From contig CAYHHH010000001.1 of NCBI GenBank assembly GCA_964356125.1, forward strand, positions 1,197 to 65,196: 64,000 nucleotides of DNA. Direction: 5' to 3'. The translations under genes were made by a program, and so were the position numbers. This DNA comes from an uncultured Bifidobacteriaceae bacterium (lineage in GTDB: Bacteria > Acidobacteriota > Vicinamibacteria > Vicinamibacterales > JAMQPK01). A model generated the notes under the pieces. It made no database searches. It was not told the origin of the DNA and saw only the letters and a program-made list of their open reading frames with translations. Shown in pieces: positions 1 to 9,413 of this stretch (position 1 is its first letter; the number at the start of each line of letters is the position of its first letter).

Positions 1-42
1 GTGACGATGTCGTGGTGAACTTTGCTGAGAGACATTCAGTAC

Positions 43-81
43 GTAGTGCCGAGCTTTAGCTCGGCTAAAGCCGAGCCCTAC
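43..81 (+). repeat. REP-like GTAG-headed hairpin
   Basis: GTAGTGCCGAGC-TTTA-GCTCGGC, followed by a partial arm ending CCCTAC. Overlaps the lipA stop. Confidence 0.6.
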
Positions 82-1013
82 GAATGCGAGCTACCAGCTA
101 GTTTGAAGGCATCCGCCTGTTCGTGCGCGTGATACGAGCTGCGCACCAGCGGTCCTGACTCAACGTGCGTGAAGCCCATCTCCAGCGCGATGGTCTTGAG
201 ATCGCGGAACTCGTCGGGATGGTAGTAGCGCGTCATCGGCAGGTGTTTCTCAGACGGCCGCAGGTACTGGCCGAGCGTGAGGATGGCGCAGCCGGCGGTG
301 CGCAGATCGCACAGCGTCGAGACGATCTCGTCCCATTCTTCGCCAAGGCCGAGCATGATGCCTGACTTCGTGGCGATCTGCGGCGCGTACGTCCGCGAGC
401 GATCGAGGAGCTCGATCGTGCGCTCGTAGCGTCCGCCCGAACGCGCGAGCTTGTACAGCCGCGGCACGGTCTCGGTGTTGTGATTCAGGATGTCGGGCAC
501 CGCATCGAGGACGGTGTAGAGCGGCTCGGCTTTCCCCTGGAAATCCGGGATGAGGACTTCGATGCTCGCCGACGGCGTGCGCGTGCGGATTTCCCGGATC
601 GTCTCGGCGAAGATCGACGCACCTCCATCGGCCACATCATCTCGATCGACCGACGTGACGACCACGTGCGCGAGATCGAGCGTGGCGACGGCATCGGCGA
701 CGCGCGCCGGCTCTGCCGCGTCAACCGCGTGCGGGCGACCGTGCCCCACCGCGCAGTAGCCGCACGCGCGCGTGCAGATATCGCCGAGGATCATGAACGT
801 CGCGGTCCCGTGCGTCCAGCACTCGCCGATGTTCGGGCAGCGCGCTTCCTCGCAGACGGTGTGAAGATTCAGGTCGCGCATCAGGCCCCTGAGCCTGAGA
901 TACGACGTCGAGCCTGGCGCTTTCACCTTGAGCCACTCAGGCTTCCCTGGCCTGAGCGCAGTCGAAGGCGGGGCCGCGGATGTTACTGGAGTGAGCGGGA
1001 TAACTCTCGACAC
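78..1013 (-). CDS. lipA: lipoyl synthase (radical SAM)
   Basis: 311-aa ORF with GTG start. Carries the CEEARCPNIGECW and CTRACGYCAV cysteine motifs typical of LipA. Full length. Confidence 0.95.
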   Translation of the reverse strand: MSRVIPLTPVTSAAPPSTALRPGKPEWLKVKAPGSTSYLRLRGLMRDLNLHTVCEEARCPNIGECWTHGTATFMILGDICTRACGYCAVGHGRPHAVDAAEPARVADAVATLDLAHVVVTSVDRDDVADGGASIFAETIREIRTRTPSASIEVLIPDFQGKAEPLYTVLDAVPDILNHNTETVPRLYKLARSGGRYERTIELLDRSRTYAPQIATKSGIMLGLGEEWDEIVSTLCDLRTAGCAILTLGQYLRPSEKHLPMTRYYHPDEFRDLKTIALEMGFTHVESGPLVRSSYHAHEQADAFKLAGSSHS

Positions 1014-1045
1014 GTTACAGCGATCTTAATGGATAATTCGCTGCG

Positions 1046-1786
1046 ATGCGATTGCCGTCGGCTGATGCCAGTCCGGTGCCGTCTCGGGCTGCGCTGCGCG
1101 GCCTGAACGTCACGTGGCTCGGACACTCGACGTTCGTCATGACGTCGCCGAAGGGCGTGCGCCTGCTGTTCGATCCATTTCTCACCAACAATCCGTCATG
1201 TCCGCCGGCGGCGAAGCGCGTCGGCAAGATCGATCTCATCCTCGTGACGCACGGTCACTCCGATCACTGCGAGGACGCCGCCGCGATTGCGCGAGAGACC
1301 GGCGCAACCGTCGTCGCCTCACCCGAGCTCGCCGGATGGCTCGAGCGCCAGGGCGTGAAGCATCTGCGGCCCATGAACATCGGCGGCCGCCAACAACTGT
1401 CGGGCCTCGACATCGCGATGGTGGCTGCGGTGCACAGCAGCAGCGCGCCAGACGGCAGCGACCTTGGCCCGGCCACGGGATTCGTCGTGCGCTTCGAGGA
1501 TGCGCTGGCGATCTATTTCGCCGGCGACACGGCGCTCTTCGGCGACATGCGCATCATCCGCGATCGACTTGCGCCGGACGTGGCGTTTCTGCCGATCGGC
1601 GATCGCTTCACGATGGGGCCAGAAGATGCGGCGATCGCCGCCGAGTGGCTGGGCGTGAAGGCGATCGTACCGATGCACTTCGGAACATTTCCGGAGCTGA
1701 CGGGAACAGTGGAGGAGTTGCGCACGCACGCTCGCCCGCGCGGAGTCGAAGTGGTGGAACTCAGACCAGGAGTTGCCGTTGAGTAG
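1046..1786 (+). CDS. metal-dependent hydrolase, MBL fold (UPF0173-like)
   Basis: Motifs VTWLGHSTF...VTHGHSDH, with a conserved C-terminal HFGTFP. The start is uncertain and may lie a few codons downstream. Confidence 0.8.
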   Translation: MRLPSADASPVPSRAALRGLNVTWLGHSTFVMTSPKGVRLLFDPFLTNNPSCPPAAKRVGKIDLILVTHGHSDHCEDAAAIARETGATVVASPELAGWLERQGVKHLRPMNIGGRQQLSGLDIAMVAAVHSSSAPDGSDLGPATGFVVRFEDALAIYFAGDTALFGDMRIIRDRLAPDVAFLPIGDRFTMGPEDAAIAAEWLGVKAIVPMHFGTFPELTGTVEELRTHARPRGVEVVELRPGVAVE

Positions 1787-3605
1787 TGGCCGAAAGCCCA
1801 GAGCCCAAAGCCTGAAACCCATCCTGGCGGCGCTCCTGTTCTTGTGGGCACCACAGGCCGCCGCTCAGACCCTAGAGCCCATCAGGTACACCGTCAGTTT
1901 TCCTGCGCCGCATACCCACTACCTCGAAGTGGAAGCGTCGTATCCGACCGAAGGGCGCGCATCCATCGATCTGATGATGGCCGTGTGGACGCCGGGGTCC
2001 TATCTCATCCGCGAGTACGAGCGGCACGTCGAAGCGCTCACGGCCGCCGACCCGTCGCGGGCGCCGCTTGCCGTCGAGAAGACACGCAAGAACCGCTGGC
2101 GCGTCACCACCAACGGCGCGAGGACGGTGTGGGTGCGCTACCGCGTCTACGCGCACGAGATGACCGTGCGCACCAACTGGGTGGACGAGGAGTTCGCCAT
2201 GATGAACGGCGCGCCCACGTTCATCACGCTCGTCGAGTCCCCTTCGCGCCGCGTGCACGAAGTGCGACTCCTGCTGCCGCGCGCGTGGGCAAGAAGTGTC
2301 TCGGGGATGCCGCCGGGCCTGGGAGACAACACGTACGTCGCGCCCGACTACGACACGCTCGTCGATTCGCCGATCGTCGCGGGGTCGCCGTCGGTGTACG
2401 AGTTCAGCGTGCGCGGCAAGACGCACTATCTGGTCAACTTCCGCGAGCGCGGCGTCTGGAACGGGCCGCAGGCGGCGCGAGATCTCGCGAAGATCGCGGA
2501 CGCGATTGCGCAATTCTGGGGTGACGCGCCGTTCGACCGGTTCTACTTCCTGAACGTCATCGGGTCGGCGTCGAACGGGCTCGAGCACAAGAACTCGACG
2601 CTCATGAACATCCCGCTCGAGGCGACGCAATCGCGCGACGGATATCTCGCATGGCTGAGCCTGGCGAGCCACGAGTATTTCCACGCCTGGAACGGCAAGC
2701 GGCTGCGTCCCGTCGAGCTGGGACCGTTCGACTACGAGAACGAGGTCTACACGCGAGCGCTCTGGTTCGTGGAAGGGATCACCGACTACTACGCGGATCT
2801 CTTCCTCGTGCGCGCGGGTGTCGCGACCCGCGAGGAGTACCTCGACGCGCTGTCGAAGCAGGTCCGTGCGCTGCAGACGACCGCCGGCAGGTTGGAACAG
2901 TCGGTGGAATCCGCCTCCTACGACGCGTGGATCACGTACTACCGCTCTGACGAGAACACCCCGAACACGGCCATCAGCTATTACGTGAAGGGAGCGGTCG
3001 TCGGATTTCTGCTCGACGCGCATATCCGCCGGACGACTGGCGGCGCGAAGTCGCTGGACGATGTGATGCGCCTGATGCGCGCGCGGTTCTCGAATGAGAA
3101 CGGCTTCTCGCGAGACGACGTGCGGGCCGCCGTCGCCGAGGTGGTGGGCCCGTCACAGGCGCGGGACGTACGTGCCTGGATGGCGCGCGCGCTCGAAACG
3201 ACCGCCGAGCTCGACTATACCGAGGCGATCGCCTGGCTCGGCCTTCGCATCACGCCGCCGCGGGCGGCGCCGCGCGCCTACCTTGGTATCGCGTCGAGGA
3301 TCGAGAACGGCAAGACCGTCGTCTCCGGCATTCGCCGTGGGTCGCCGGCCGCGGCCGCCGGCATGTCGCTGCTCGACGAAATCGTGGCCATCGACGGCGA
3401 GCCGTTGGCGGCGGGGCAGATGGCTTTGCGCCTCGAGCGCATGACACCGGGAGCGAAGGTGACTTTTACGATTGGGCGCGGCGGGAGCACGCGCAACATG
3501 GACGTCGTGCTCGTGACCGATCCCGGGCACGGGTGGGAATTGAGCCCGCTGCCGACCGCAACAGGAGCGCAGTCACGGCATCTGGACGCCTGGCTGACGC
3601 AGTAG
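1773..3605 (+). CDS. M61 family metallopeptidase (glycyl aminopeptidase-like) with C-terminal PDZ domain
   Basis: HEYFHAWNGKRLRP zinc motif of the M61 family. N-terminal signal peptide and a PDZ-like GIRRGSPAAAAGM..IVAIDG segment. TTG start overlaps the upstream gene by 14 nt. Confidence 0.85.
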   Translation: MPLSSGRKPRAQSLKPILAALLFLWAPQAAAQTLEPIRYTVSFPAPHTHYLEVEASYPTEGRASIDLMMAVWTPGSYLIREYERHVEALTAADPSRAPLAVEKTRKNRWRVTTNGARTVWVRYRVYAHEMTVRTNWVDEEFAMMNGAPTFITLVESPSRRVHEVRLLLPRAWARSVSGMPPGLGDNTYVAPDYDTLVDSPIVAGSPSVYEFSVRGKTHYLVNFRERGVWNGPQAARDLAKIADAIAQFWGDAPFDRFYFLNVIGSASNGLEHKNSTLMNIPLEATQSRDGYLAWLSLASHEYFHAWNGKRLRPVELGPFDYENEVYTRALWFVEGITDYYADLFLVRAGVATREEYLDALSKQVRALQTTAGRLEQSVESASYDAWITYYRSDENTPNTAISYYVKGAVVGFLLDAHIRRTTGGAKSLDDVMRLMRARFSNENGFSRDDVRAAVAEVVGPSQARDVRAWMARALETTAELDYTEAIAWLGLRITPPRAAPRAYLGIASRIENGKTVVSGIRRGSPAAAAGMSLLDEIVAIDGEPLAAGQMALRLERMTPGAKVTFTIGRGGSTRNMDVVLVTDPGHGWELSPLPTATGAQSRHLDAWLTQ

Positions 3606-3611
3606 CCAGCG

Positions 3612-3644
3612 GGTCGGGCCGACCTGAAGGTCGGCACTACGTAC
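3612..3644 (-). repeat. REP-like hairpin
   Basis: GCCGACC-TGAA-GGTCGGC followed by ACTACGTAC. The reverse complement reads GTAGTGCCGACCTTCAGGTCGGC. Confidence 0.6.
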
Positions 3645-3676
3645 CGTTTCTGCGATTCTGCGATAATGATGCGGTC

Positions 3677-4057
3677 ATGCGGCCCATACGCCATCGCGCC
3701 CGCCTGATCGCCGCGATTGCCCTCGTGTGGCACGTCGTGGCGGTTGCCATTGTGTCGACGGCGCTCGTGTGTGACGCGAGCGCCGAGCACGCGGGCATGG
3801 CGGATTGCCCGTTGCATGAAGGCGCGCCGGCGTGCCCGGTGCACGCAGAGCAGCACGGCACGCACGACTGTGATTGTCCGACCATCGGCTGCGCCCAGAC
3901 CGATGCGGGGTTTATGGCGCTCTTCGGCGCCATTGGCGTTCTCCCGCCACCCAGCCACACGCCGATTCCGTTCGACGCCGGCGATGCGTTGCCGGGCGTG
4001 ACGGTGTCGACGACTTCTCTCGCGCCCGTTCCGCTGGCCCCTCCGCCCCGCGCGTAG
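3677..4057 (+). CDS. hypothetical membrane-anchored Cys/His-rich protein (DUF2946-like)
   Basis: Internal ATG at 3677 of ORF 3533..4057. N-terminal TM helix followed by CPLHEGAPACPVHAEQHGTHDCDCPTIGC. Sits directly upstream of the TonB-type receptors. Confidence 0.45.
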   Translation: MRPIRHRARLIAAIALVWHVVAVAIVSTALVCDASAEHAGMADCPLHEGAPACPVHAEQHGTHDCDCPTIGCAQTDAGFMALFGAIGVLPPPSHTPIPFDAGDALPGVTVSTTSLAPVPLAPPPRA

Positions 4058-4079
4058 GTTCTCCTGTTGACATACACCG

Positions 4080-4157
4080 GACAGGGCTGAAGCCCTGTGC
4101 CACCGGTGGTCAGAACTGAGGCCCGTGCCATAGGTGGCACAAGGCTTCAGCCTTGTC
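4080..4157. repeat. inverted pair of REP-like hairpins (REPIN-like doublet)
   Basis: 4080-4104 is GACAGGGCTGAAGCCCTGTGCCACC and 4134-4157 is GTGGCACAAGGCTTCAGCCTTGTC. They are in opposite orientation, 29 nt apart, just upstream of the receptor gene. Confidence 0.7.
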
Positions 4158-4186
4158 GTCCCAACACAATACGGAGGAGAGATCCC

Positions 4187-7012
4187 ATGAAATTCAGGGG
4201 ACTCGTCTTCCTGTCCGTCGTGTGCGTCTGCATCGCTGCAGGCACGCTGTCGGCGCAGGAGACGATCAGCTACGGCACCATCAGCGGGCGCGTCACCGAT
4301 CCGCAGGGCGCGGTCGTGCCGGGCGCCGGCGTCACAGCACGACAGGTCGACACCAATCTCGTACGCGAGGCCATCGCCGACGAGGAAGGGCGGTTCCGCT
4401 TTCCGTACTTGAGAGTTGGCCGGTACGAAATCGTCGCGCGTCTGCCTGGATTCAGGGACGCCTCGCACAACGTGACCGTGACGGTGGGATCGGCGTTCGA
4501 GCTGCCCGTCAAGCTTCTGGTCGCAGGCATCGACACGACAGTCACGGTCTCGGCGGACTCAACGGTGCTGGAGGCAGCCCGCAGCCAGATCGCCAGCACG
4601 GTGTCGCAGGCGGAAGTGATGGACGTGCCGCTCAACGGCCGCAACTTCCTGGATCTGGCGCTGCTCGTGCCCGGCGTGTCGCCGACCAATACCGGCAGCA
4701 CGCAGCTCTTTGCCGAAACGTCGGCCGTTCCCGGACAGGGTCTGTCGATCGGGAGCCAGCGCAATTTGTCGAACAACTTCATCGTCGATGGGCTGTCGGC
4801 CAACGACGATGCCGCGGGATTCAGCGGCATTCCCTACGGCGTCGACGCCGTCGATCAGTTTCAGGTCGTCACCTCCGGCGGGCAAGCCGAGCTGGGGCGC
4901 TCGCTCGGCGGCTACGTCGACATCGTGACCAAGAGCGGCACGAACACGCCGCATGGCGACCTCTACGGCTACTTCCGTGACGATCGGTTCAATGGGCGCA
5001 ACGCCCTTTCGGGGACCAAGCTGCCCATGAGTCAGAAGCAGTACGGGGCCAGCATGGGCGGGCCGATCGTCGGGGACCGGACCTTCTATTTCTCGAACGT
5101 CGAGCAGCGCAGACTGGATCAGACCGGCCTGGTCACGATCTCGCCGGACAACGTCAACGTCATCAATGCCAGGCTGGCCGCGATGAACTACACCGGCCTG
5201 CCCGTCTCCACCGGCATCTACGCGAATCCGGTCCACACCGCGAACGTTCTGGGGAAGGTCGATCACCAGTTCAGCGTCCGCGATCAGTTGAGCGTTCGCT
5301 ACAGCCTCTACAACGCCACCTCCAGCAACGCCCGCGGCGTCGGCGGGCTGAACGCCCCCAGCGGCTCCGCAGGACTGGACAACATCGATCAGACCGTAGC
5401 CGTGGGCAACACGCTGACCCTGTCCCCGCGTACCGTGATGGAAACGAGGGCGCAGTTTGCCTACAGCGATCTTCGGGCGCCATCGACCGATCCCGTCGGG
5501 CCCACCGTGAACATCGCCGGGGTCGCTGTGTTCGGCACCTTTCAGAGCAGCCCTACGTTGCGCGTCAACAAGCTGTACCAGGTGGTGAACAACCTTTCCC
5601 ATCAGCGAGGGGCGCACGCGTTGCGTGCGGGTGTCGACTTCCTCTACAACGACGACACGATCTCGAACCCCGGAGCCCGTCGCGGTTCGTACGCGTTTTC
5701 GTCGCTCGCGAATTTCCTGGCGGGTACCTACAACAACGCGGGTTTCACCCAGGCGTTTGGTGAGACCACGGTCACGCAGCAGAATCCCAACGTCGGGGTG
5801 TACGCGCAGGACGAGTGGAAGGTGAACCCGAGTCTGACCGTGAACGCCGGTCTTCGCTACGACCTGCAGTTCCTGGAAACCATCACGACGGACACGAACA
5901 ACATCTCCCCGCGGCTGGGGTTCGCGTGGTCGCCGTCCGCTTCGGGGCGCACGATCGTGCGCGGCAGCGTCGGCCTCTTCTACGACCGCGTGCCCCTTCG
6001 CGCGGTGGCGAATGCGCTGCTCTCGGCTGGAAACACCACCGACCTCACGAAGCTTCGTCGAGTCAGCATCGGGCTGTCCCCGGCCCAGAACGGCGCGCCG
6101 GCATTCCCGAAGATCCTGAGCGCCTCCGTCTCGACGGCTGCGCTGGTCAACCTGACGACGATGGATCCGAGCATGACGAACGGATACTCCAGGCAGGGAA
6201 GTGTCGAGGTGGAACAGCAGCTCGGGCCGCAGAGCACGGTGAGCGTGGGCTATCAGTACCTGCGCGGCGCGAATCTGATCATGGCGGTGAATCAGAACGT
6301 GCCGGCGTGCGTCGCGGCCGGTTCGAACAACGGCTGCCGCCCGAACCCGAACTACGCGAACAACAGCCAGTATTCGTCCGCGGCCAGTTCCACGCATCAC
6401 GGCCTGCACGTGTCGTTCGTGCAGCGGCCGGCCAGATGGGGACACTACCGGGTGTCCTATACGCTCTCGAAGTCGATGGACAACGTGGGCCAGAACTTTT
6501 TCAGCTCGCCCATCGATGCGTTCGACCTCTCCAAGGACTGGGGCCGCTCCGACAACGATCAGCGCCACCGCCTCGTTCTGAGCGGCGCCATCAACACGTC
6601 GATGGAAGCGGCAGAGACGCCGTGGGAGCGGCTGACGCATGGATTTCAAGTGACCGGCATGCTGCAGTCCTATTCGTCCCCGCCATTCAACATCACCTCG
6701 GGTGTGACGACCGTGCAGGGCACAGCCGGCCGGCCCGTCGTCAACGGCGAGTTCATCGAGCGCAACTCCGGGGTCGGCAGCGATTTCTTCAGCCTGAACG
6801 TTCGCGTGAGCCGTTCCTTCAGGGTCGTGGGCAGCGCGCGGATTGAAGGCGCTGCCGAGGCGTTCAATCTGACCAATCGGCGGAACGACCTGACGCGAAA
6901 CGGGAACTTCGGCCCCGGTGCGTATCCCGCCAGCCCGGTAGCGAATTTCGGGCAGATTTTGTCGGTGGGTGATCCCAGATCGGTCCAATTTTCCATACGA
7001 TTGAAATTCTGA
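4187..7012 (+). CDS. TonB-dependent receptor-like outer-membrane barrel with N-terminal carboxypeptidase-regulatory-like domain
   Basis: ATG at 4187 preceded by GGAGGAG. Signal peptide ending LSAQE. YGTISGRVTDPQGAVVPGAGV CarboxypepD_reg repeat, a plug-like region, and a C-terminal ...SIRLKF. Confidence 0.85.
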   Translation: MKFRGLVFLSVVCVCIAAGTLSAQETISYGTISGRVTDPQGAVVPGAGVTARQVDTNLVREAIADEEGRFRFPYLRVGRYEIVARLPGFRDASHNVTVTVGSAFELPVKLLVAGIDTTVTVSADSTVLEAARSQIASTVSQAEVMDVPLNGRNFLDLALLVPGVSPTNTGSTQLFAETSAVPGQGLSIGSQRNLSNNFIVDGLSANDDAAGFSGIPYGVDAVDQFQVVTSGGQAELGRSLGGYVDIVTKSGTNTPHGDLYGYFRDDRFNGRNALSGTKLPMSQKQYGASMGGPIVGDRTFYFSNVEQRRLDQTGLVTISPDNVNVINARLAAMNYTGLPVSTGIYANPVHTANVLGKVDHQFSVRDQLSVRYSLYNATSSNARGVGGLNAPSGSAGLDNIDQTVAVGNTLTLSPRTVMETRAQFAYSDLRAPSTDPVGPTVNIAGVAVFGTFQSSPTLRVNKLYQVVNNLSHQRGAHALRAGVDFLYNDDTISNPGARRGSYAFSSLANFLAGTYNNAGFTQAFGETTVTQQNPNVGVYAQDEWKVNPSLTVNAGLRYDLQFLETITTDTNNISPRLGFAWSPSASGRTIVRGSVGLFYDRVPLRAVANALLSAGNTTDLTKLRRVSIGLSPAQNGAPAFPKILSASVSTAALVNLTTMDPSMTNGYSRQGSVEVEQQLGPQSTVSVGYQYLRGANLIMAVNQNVPACVAAGSNNGCRPNPNYANNSQYSSAASSTHHGLHVSFVQRPARWGHYRVSYTLSKSMDNVGQNFFSSPIDAFDLSKDWGRSDNDQRHRLVLSGAINTSMEAAETPWERLTHGFQVTGMLQSYSSPPFNITSGVTTVQGTAGRPVVNGEFIERNSGVGSDFFSLNVRVSRSFRVVGSARIEGAAEAFNLTNRRNDLTRNGNFGPGAYPASPVANFGQILSVGDPRSVQFSIRLKF

Positions 7013-7059
7013 TGACCATGACCGTACGACGGGTTTCCAGCTGAGGAGATGAGATCGCT

Positions 7060-9402
7060 TTGAGGAGAGCCGTAGGGGCCGCTGTCGTTCTCGCGGCCAT
7101 CATCAGTGCTGAACTTTCGGCGCAGAGCGTGTTGCACGGCCGGATCGCGGGAACAGCGCGAGATACCACCGGCGGGATGCTGGCGGGCGTGACGGTGGAA
7201 CTGCGGCCGCGGGGCACCGGCGCCGTGCTCGTGAGCCAAACCGATCGTGCCGGACGGTACCAGTTCGATGCCGTGAGCCCAGGTGAGTTCGACATCGCGT
7301 TCACGCTCATCAACTTCGCATCGCTCGTACGTCAGGGCGTGCGGCCCCAGGCCGGGCAGACGATCACGGTGAACGTGGTGCTGCACCTGACGCTGAGCGC
7401 TGACGTCACCGTGACAGGGCGGCGCACCTTCACGAATCTCGCCGACGTCGACAATCCCGCCGAGAGCCTGGTCGGCATCGCCAACGCCGCGAGCGAAGGG
7501 GCGATCACCGCGCAGCAGATCCTCGATCGGCCCATCATGCGGGCCGGTGAGGTGCTCGAGACCGTCCCGGGACTGATCATCAGTCAACACAGCGGAGAGG
7601 GAAAAGCCAATCAATACTACCTGCGCGGATTCAACCTCGATCACGGGACCGATTTCGCAACCACGATTGCCGGTATTCCCGTGAACATGCCGACTCATGG
7701 CCACGGCCATGGTTACACCGACGCGAACTTTCTGATCCCTGAGCTCGTCAGCGGCGTCCAATTCAAGAAGGGGCCGTACTACGCCGAGGAAGGGGACTTC
7801 TCTGCGGCCGGTGCGGTGAACGTGAACTACGTGAACTTTCTCGAACGGCCGATCGTCGACGTCAGCGGCGGCGGCCATGGCTGGGCGCGCGCGCTTGCCG
7901 CAGTGTCACCCGCGGTTGGACGAGGACACCTGCTCGCCGCGCTCGAGCTGAACCGCAACAACGGGCCGTGGACGCTCGACGACAACTATCGAAAGGTGAA
8001 CGGCATCGTCCGATACAGCGAAGGTGGAGCGGCGTCCGGATTTTCGGTGACCGGCATGTTCTATCGCGGTGAGTGGAATGCGACCGATCAGGTGCCTGCG
8101 CGCGCGATCGCGGACGGCGTTATCCCGCGATTCGGCCACATCGACCCGACGAACGGAGGCGAGACGCGTCGCTACAGCCTGTCGACCGACGCGCAGTGGG
8201 CCGGCGGCAGCACGTCGACACGAGCCAATGCGTACTTCGTGAGCTACGCGCTGAATCTCTTCTCGAACTTCACCTACTTTCTCGACGATCCGGACCACGG
8301 TGACCAGTTCGAGCAGGAAGATCGCCGCAACGTCCTCGGCGGCCGGGTCACGCACACGCGGCTGAACACGTGGGGAGGCCGGGCGGCCGAAAGCATGTTT
8401 GGCGCGCAGGTGCGGTTCGATCGCATCGGCTCTGTCGGGCTCTATCACACGATGGCGCGCCGGCGGCTTTCGACCACTCGAAGCGACAGGGTTGGACAGA
8501 GGTCGGTGGGCCTGTTCGCGCAGCACGAATTTCAGTTGAGCCCTGTCGTGCGGACAGCCGTCGGGCTGCGCGGCGATATCTTCAACTTCGATGTCGAAGG
8601 GGACGACCCCCTCAACTCCGGAACGAAGGCGAGCGGACTCGTCAGCCCCAAGGCGTCGGTCGTTCTCGGCCCGTTTCGTGGAACCGAGCTCTACGTCAAC
8701 ACCGGCGCCGGATTTCACAGCAACGACGCGCGCGGGGCGACGACGACGCGAGACCCCCGCACCGGACTGGCGGTCGATCCGACGACCCCGTTGGCGCGGG
8801 CGATCGGCGCGGAGTTCGGCGTACGCACGGTTCGGATTCCGAAGGTGCAGACAACCCTTGCGGTGTGGACTTTGGGGATCGACTCGGAGCTGCTGTTCAT
8901 TGGAGATGCCGGCACGACTGAAGCCACCCGGCCGAGCCGTCGCATCGGCGTCGAGTGGGCCACATATGCGCGGCCGCGTCCGTGGCTCGCGCTCGACGCT
9001 GACATCGCCGTCTCGAGAGGACGATTCACCGATGGGGATGCCGCGGGCGACCGGATTCCGGGGTCGGTCGAGTCGGTCATCGCGCTCGGCGCCTCGTTTG
9101 ACAGCTCGCGGCGGATCTTCGGCAGCGTGCGCGTCCGTCACTTCGGCGCGCGCTGGCTCGTCGAGGACGACAGCGTCCGGTCGCCCGCGACAACGCTCGT
9201 GAACGCCCAGACAGGCATCCGTCTTCGAGGCCGCGCGAGCATCATGCTCGATGTCTTCAATCTGTTTGATGCCGAGGCGAGCGACATCGACTATTTCTAC
9301 GCGTCGCGGCTCCGCGACGAGCCTTCAGATGGCGTCGATGACATCCACACGCACCCGGCGCTTCCGCGCTCGGTCCGCGTGTCGCTTCGACTCGGGTTCT
9401 AG
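7060..9402 (+). CDS. TonB-dependent receptor (CarboxypepD_reg + plug + barrel)
   Basis: TTG start after GAGGAG. Plug motif EVLETVPGLIISQHSGEGKANQYYLRGFNLDHGTDF. C-terminal ...SLRLGF. Confidence 0.85.
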   Translation: MRRAVGAAVVLAAIISAELSAQSVLHGRIAGTARDTTGGMLAGVTVELRPRGTGAVLVSQTDRAGRYQFDAVSPGEFDIAFTLINFASLVRQGVRPQAGQTITVNVVLHLTLSADVTVTGRRTFTNLADVDNPAESLVGIANAASEGAITAQQILDRPIMRAGEVLETVPGLIISQHSGEGKANQYYLRGFNLDHGTDFATTIAGIPVNMPTHGHGHGYTDANFLIPELVSGVQFKKGPYYAEEGDFSAAGAVNVNYVNFLERPIVDVSGGGHGWARALAAVSPAVGRGHLLAALELNRNNGPWTLDDNYRKVNGIVRYSEGGAASGFSVTGMFYRGEWNATDQVPARAIADGVIPRFGHIDPTNGGETRRYSLSTDAQWAGGSTSTRANAYFVSYALNLFSNFTYFLDDPDHGDQFEQEDRRNVLGGRVTHTRLNTWGGRAAESMFGAQVRFDRIGSVGLYHTMARRRLSTTRSDRVGQRSVGLFAQHEFQLSPVVRTAVGLRGDIFNFDVEGDDPLNSGTKASGLVSPKASVVLGPFRGTELYVNTGAGFHSNDARGATTTRDPRTGLAVDPTTPLARAIGAEFGVRTVRIPKVQTTLAVWTLGIDSELLFIGDAGTTEATRPSRRIGVEWATYARPRPWLALDADIAVSRGRFTDGDAAGDRIPGSVESVIALGASFDSSRRIFGSVRVRHFGARWLVEDDSVRSPATTLVNAQTGIRLRGRASIMLDVFNLFDAEASDIDYFYASRLRDEPSDGVDDIHTHPALPRSVRVSLRLGF

Positions 9403-9413
9403 TTATTTCCTGG

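Noticed and set aside
1-18. Possible 3' end of an upstream plus-strand gene (..VTMSW stop at 16-18).
   Set aside because: Five codons are too few to support any call.
4135-4150. TGGCAC-N5-TTCAG inside the REP-like hairpin, resembling a sigma-54 -24/-12 element.
   Set aside because: The -12 position reads CA instead of the invariant GC. The match is a by-product of the REP consensus (GTGGCAC...CTTCAG).
4559-6988. Very long antisense or alternative-frame ORFs: 4559-6988 minus (809 aa), 22909-25101 plus, 30953-32689 minus, 46613-48064 plus, 53601-55181 minus, 14387-15946 plus, 15451-17298 plus and many shorter ones.
   Set aside because: They are Arg/Ala/Pro/Gly-rich with no recognisable motifs. 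They lie opposite to, or out of frame with, genes that carry clear family signatures. This is typical of shadow ORFs in high-G+C DNA.
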